From positions 29,886,001-29,950,000 of the forward strand of contig CM097885.1 of assembly GCA_044892525.1 (NCBI GenBank): a stretch of DNA of 64,000 nucleotides, given 5' to 3'. The first letter of the stretch is position 1; every line of letters starts with the position of its first letter. Below are positions 60,004 to 64,000 of this stretch, in pieces. The notes under the pieces are model-generated. The model was not told the origin of the DNA. It worked only from the letters and a program-made list of their open reading frames with translations, and did not search any database. The position numbers and the translations under genes are program-made. This stretch comes from Schmidtea polychroa (lineage: Eukaryota).

Positions 60004-63000
60004 TTTTTTTAATATAACTAAAGATAATAACATATTTTATTATATAAGCCCAAAATCTACAGATAAGATTATAATAACAATCGAACCCTGAGCTTATGAG
60101 ATAAAAGATTTAAATAATATACTTTCTAAAAAAACAAATGGAGTCATTAAAATTAAAATGGATTTACCAACTTCAAAATGTATAATGACTTTAGAGAATA
60201 TAGGAATTCATTTTCAAAATAATAGTTTTTTTAGAACAATTTTAGGATTTACACGAAACCATTATATCACACCTGTAGTTGAGAATATAACATCAGAAAA
60301 TATTATAAAAATAATAAATACAAACACAATAAATATTCATTGCGATTGTATAACTGGTTCTTATAATAATGGTAAACAAACAAATGTTTTATATTCCTTT
60401 CTCTCAAACACAGTTCCTATGGGATATAAAATAGTTGAAAGAATGAATCCTCCAAATTATTTACCTTTATGTAGAAAATATATAATGGATATTAATTTTA
60501 AAATTCTTAATCAAGAAGGAGAATTGATTGATTTTAATGGAGAAGAGATTTCAATGTATTTACATTTGAAACAGGTCTGAGGAAGTCACAAGGGGGAGAA
60601 GGACTAAAAGGGAGAAGGGGGAGAAGGACTAACGAAGTGTACAAAGGGGGAGAGGAATTCTCAAGTATTTTAATCCCCTAATAAATGAGTTCTTATATTC
60701 CATGTAATAGAGGTGGTGGAACAATAAAAACAGGGTTTAATACAGAAGAAATATTAACTTTAACAGAAAATAAATATATTAATGAAAGAGGTGATTCAAT
60801 GAAGGGTGATTTAAGTATGAATGCACACAAGATAAAAGATTTATCTTTTCCAGTTGATAATCTCGATGCAGTTAATAAGAAATATGTAGATGGTGTTAAA
60901 AAATATACTGATTTAACAACAACAAGAATTGAAAGTTCATTAACAACAAAAATTGATTCAATGGAATCAAAGCTTAATAATATCGAACAACGATTTAATG
61001 ATAAATTTGACAAGTTACAAAGTCTGTTAACTGAACAAGTTGTAAAGTTAAATACTAGCATATTAAATTCTAAAGATAAACAAATTATTAATACTAAATT
61101 TAATACAATATATAATATAATAAATGAGATGATTACATCATTTAATAAAAGAATTTCAAATTTAGAGTCTCATGGAACACACATTAACACCACACATAGT
61201 ATTAGAAAAAGAGCTGCTGAATTAGAACAGAATAAAACATTATTACCCCATACATATAAACATTTTATAGAACCAAGTTTAATAACAACAAACAGTAAAG
61301 AATGGGGTGTTTTTATGGTTGTAAAGATTATTGATCCTTATTTCTTTTTGTTTGATGATGATAATGAAAGAATGAAATGGTTTGTGAAATGTGATTATAA
61401 TAGTAAGCTTGAAAAGGGTGATGTTATAATGACTAGTTATGATTTACCACACGGAGATTGGTATGTTAATACTCATTCACATGGACTACATAAAGTTAAA
61501 AGTAAGAATATTATTTTTAAAAGCACACTTGTGGATTATATAGATTTAATATTTTATGAAAAAAAGGTTGATGTTGATGAAGTTCGTAAAGCATTGATGG
61601 AATTGTATAAAGATATTCTCTCAACAAGAGTTTCTTTTGATATCCGAGTATTGGTACCAGATGGTGCTCAGAAGAATAAAGTCTTATTTTTTTAATTATT
61701 AAAATGGAAGAAGTAAGAGAAGAAAAAATTTACCCAGAATTGCGATCATCAGGATATTATTCTTCCAAGGCCTCGGCTCCCACAGAACTTGAAATTATGA
61801 GAGTAAAAGAATTTAAATCAGAAACCTTACATTTACAAGATTTATTAAAGCATTATAAAAAAATTAAAAATAGATGGAATAAAGGGAATACAGTTTTAAA
61901 AGTTATAGGTTATTCTTTAGGATTTGCATCTGCAATATTAACAGTTATTTTACCCATAACTTTACCAGTTGTTACTCTTGCACCTGTAATACTTGGAAGT
62001 ATTTCTGTAGCTGATGGTTTCTTAACTGAAATAGTTTCATTATCTTATACTTCTAAAAAGAAAAGTTTATATAGAGAAGTTTGTTTATCAATAGAATTAG
62101 GAATCTCTAAATTATTTTTATTTCAATTAAAAGCTTTGGAAGATGGAATCCTAACAGACGAAGAAATAATGAAATCAAATCAAATAATACAAGATATTAA
62201 AAATGAGGTTATAAGATTAAAAAGTGCTAATGTTATAAGTAATGAATATTCTAAAAATATTAAACGAGAGAAGTGGCTAAAGAATCATACATAAAAAAAT
62301 TTATTGCCCTTCAAAAGGTTGATGTTGTCACTCTTAAATTAATTGTTGACATTTTTAAAAGAAAAAAATCATTTGATAGAATCTGATGTTAACTTTTCGA
62401 AATTAGTTTTTAGAACCTCTTTATGATCTTTAAATTCTTTATCATTTAGACCTTTTATATATTCAGGATCAGTATTAATTTAAGTTCTAAACATATAGGA
62501 TTAAAAACTTGAGAATATAAAGGTTTCTCAATTCTCTCAGGATAAATGATTTCAACATTATAAATATCAAGATCAGTAATCTTTGTACCATATAACTGAT
62601 TCAATCTATCAAGATTTTTTATTATCGGTATTAAATTATTTCCTATAGGAAGAGTTGTCTTTAAATCACTTAGTATGAATATTTTGTCATCATAATTTGA
62701 TAATGATACTTTTTGGGATTCTATCAAGTAAATATCATGCTTTTCACTTTTAAGTTGATGTATTTCATCAATTTTATCTTTATGATTTGGATTCAATGTA
62801 TCTATATAATCTTGATGAGAAAGATTCTTTGCTACACATCTCTGAATTCCTTTACATCTGTTATCCTTTACAGGTTTTTCTCCCTGTCCGTCAGGTCCTT
62901 TAGGGAATATAGGATATCTATGTGTAATGCTTTCTTCTGTTTCTGGGGTTTTAAATATAAATGTATGTTCTTCAAATTTAGGATTTGTAAATGTTTCATA

Positions 63001-64000
63001 TGAATATTGTTTAGCACGAATAAATATTCCATTTTCTATAGGAGTAAAAGGTTTTTCATCTTTAAACGAAAATAATTCTCCAGATGAATTTATTAAATTT
63101 GAAAGTATAGGATTTTCAGAGATATCACTTTGTAAATCGTGAGTTCTTATTGCTAAAAACATTGAATCTGTATCCATTGCATGCATTGCTATATTCGATC
63201 CATATATAGGTTGTAAGATGTTATAATATGTTTCATACATTTGTAATTTTGAAAGTTCTAAAATTGCAAAGCCAATAAATATTGGTTTATTATATGTTTT
63301 CTCATAATTCTTTAGTTCTACTGCAGTAAGACTTTCAGAAAATACTTGTGCGTTTTTAAATGTAGGCTTTCCTAGCATACGATTATAACGGGCTATATCT
63401 TTCGGGGTATTTGTTAGGAGTTCAATATGAGTATATTTATCAACATTCTCCATTGTCTTCCCAAAGACTGAATTGTTTAAAAGTTTATAATTATTGTCTT
63501 TTAAAAGGTTACCTTCTCTTTTTGCAATGTTTCGACACCTAATGTTCTCCTCGATAAAAGTCTTCATGAATGCTGCTTGTTTAAATCTTATGACACTATG
63601 AACTTTTTTTAAAATCATTCCTTGTGAAAGATAAAACTGGAGGAGTCTATAGTGACAAAGATAATAAGTTCGATCTGTTTGATCACAAAGAAATTTCATT
63701 GTTGGAGGTTTATCTTGTGAGATTTGCCAGAGTGAAAGTTCGTTGATATCAATCTTTCTTCTTATAGGAGCTAAAGGGAAATGTCTTGTTCTTGATTTTA
63801 TATCATCTGGGTAGTCGAGGTCACATTCTACAAAGTATCCTATTGGAGAATCTTTAGGAGTTGAAAGTATTTCATTCATAAGAGTCTTTAAATATTCTTC
63901 TGGAGGGCATTCTATTTCTGGAAGTCCTTCAGAGGAGTATATTTCTTGAAAGTCACTCATTGGTAAATATTGAGTCATAATTCCTGAATATAAAGCTGTT
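60004..64000. mobile_element. Partial duplicate of Polinton 2 (equivalent to ~44184-48179): penton C-part, 60685-61695, 61704-62294 and the pPolB C-part
   Basis: Offset 15821, identical proteins and the same penton TGA. Confidence 0.95.

Noticed and set aside
58031..60091. Genuine RT-penton fusion gene
   Set aside because: Chance in-frame rearrangement junction that ends at the penton's premature stop.
1..64000. Canonical R2/R5 target (TTAAGG/TAGCCAAATG) at element junctions
   Set aside because: Not seen at any junction I examined.

Overview
AT-rich eukaryotic repeat locus with no ordinary host gene. The host may be a freshwater planarian; this is inferred only from the element families and base composition. 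Contents: (i) the right end of a Polinton/Maverick (1-3537) carrying a stop-interrupted packaging ATPase and a minimal TBP-like gene; (ii) a nested, recombined, partly triplicated pile of NeSL/R5-like non-LTR retrotransposons from several families (C2H2 fingers, Ulp1-like Cys protease, RT, CCHC, PD-(D/E)xK endonuclease), with all recognisable ORF2 pieces on the + strand; (iii) a 3' 28S rDNA fragment on the - strand plus short 28S scraps at element junctions; (iv) a complete 14.2-kb Polinton (37334-51497, TSD TTCAAC) inserted into a Gypsy-like integrase, with a partial second copy at 60004-64000. Main observations: the retrotransposon 5' and 3' junctions reconstruct one antisense target site in 28S (…CCCTGTGGTAA | cttt TCTGACACCTC…), next to the peptidyl-transferase region. 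A UGA-CUA stop is conserved in frame at the same position in three divergent families, suggesting programmed readthrough. The complete Polinton carries two tandem Pol III A-box/B-box cassettes (a VA-RNA-like arrangement), a ZnF-PLA2-integrase reading frame missed by the ORF track, and TIRs that are each bounded by their own inverted ends.
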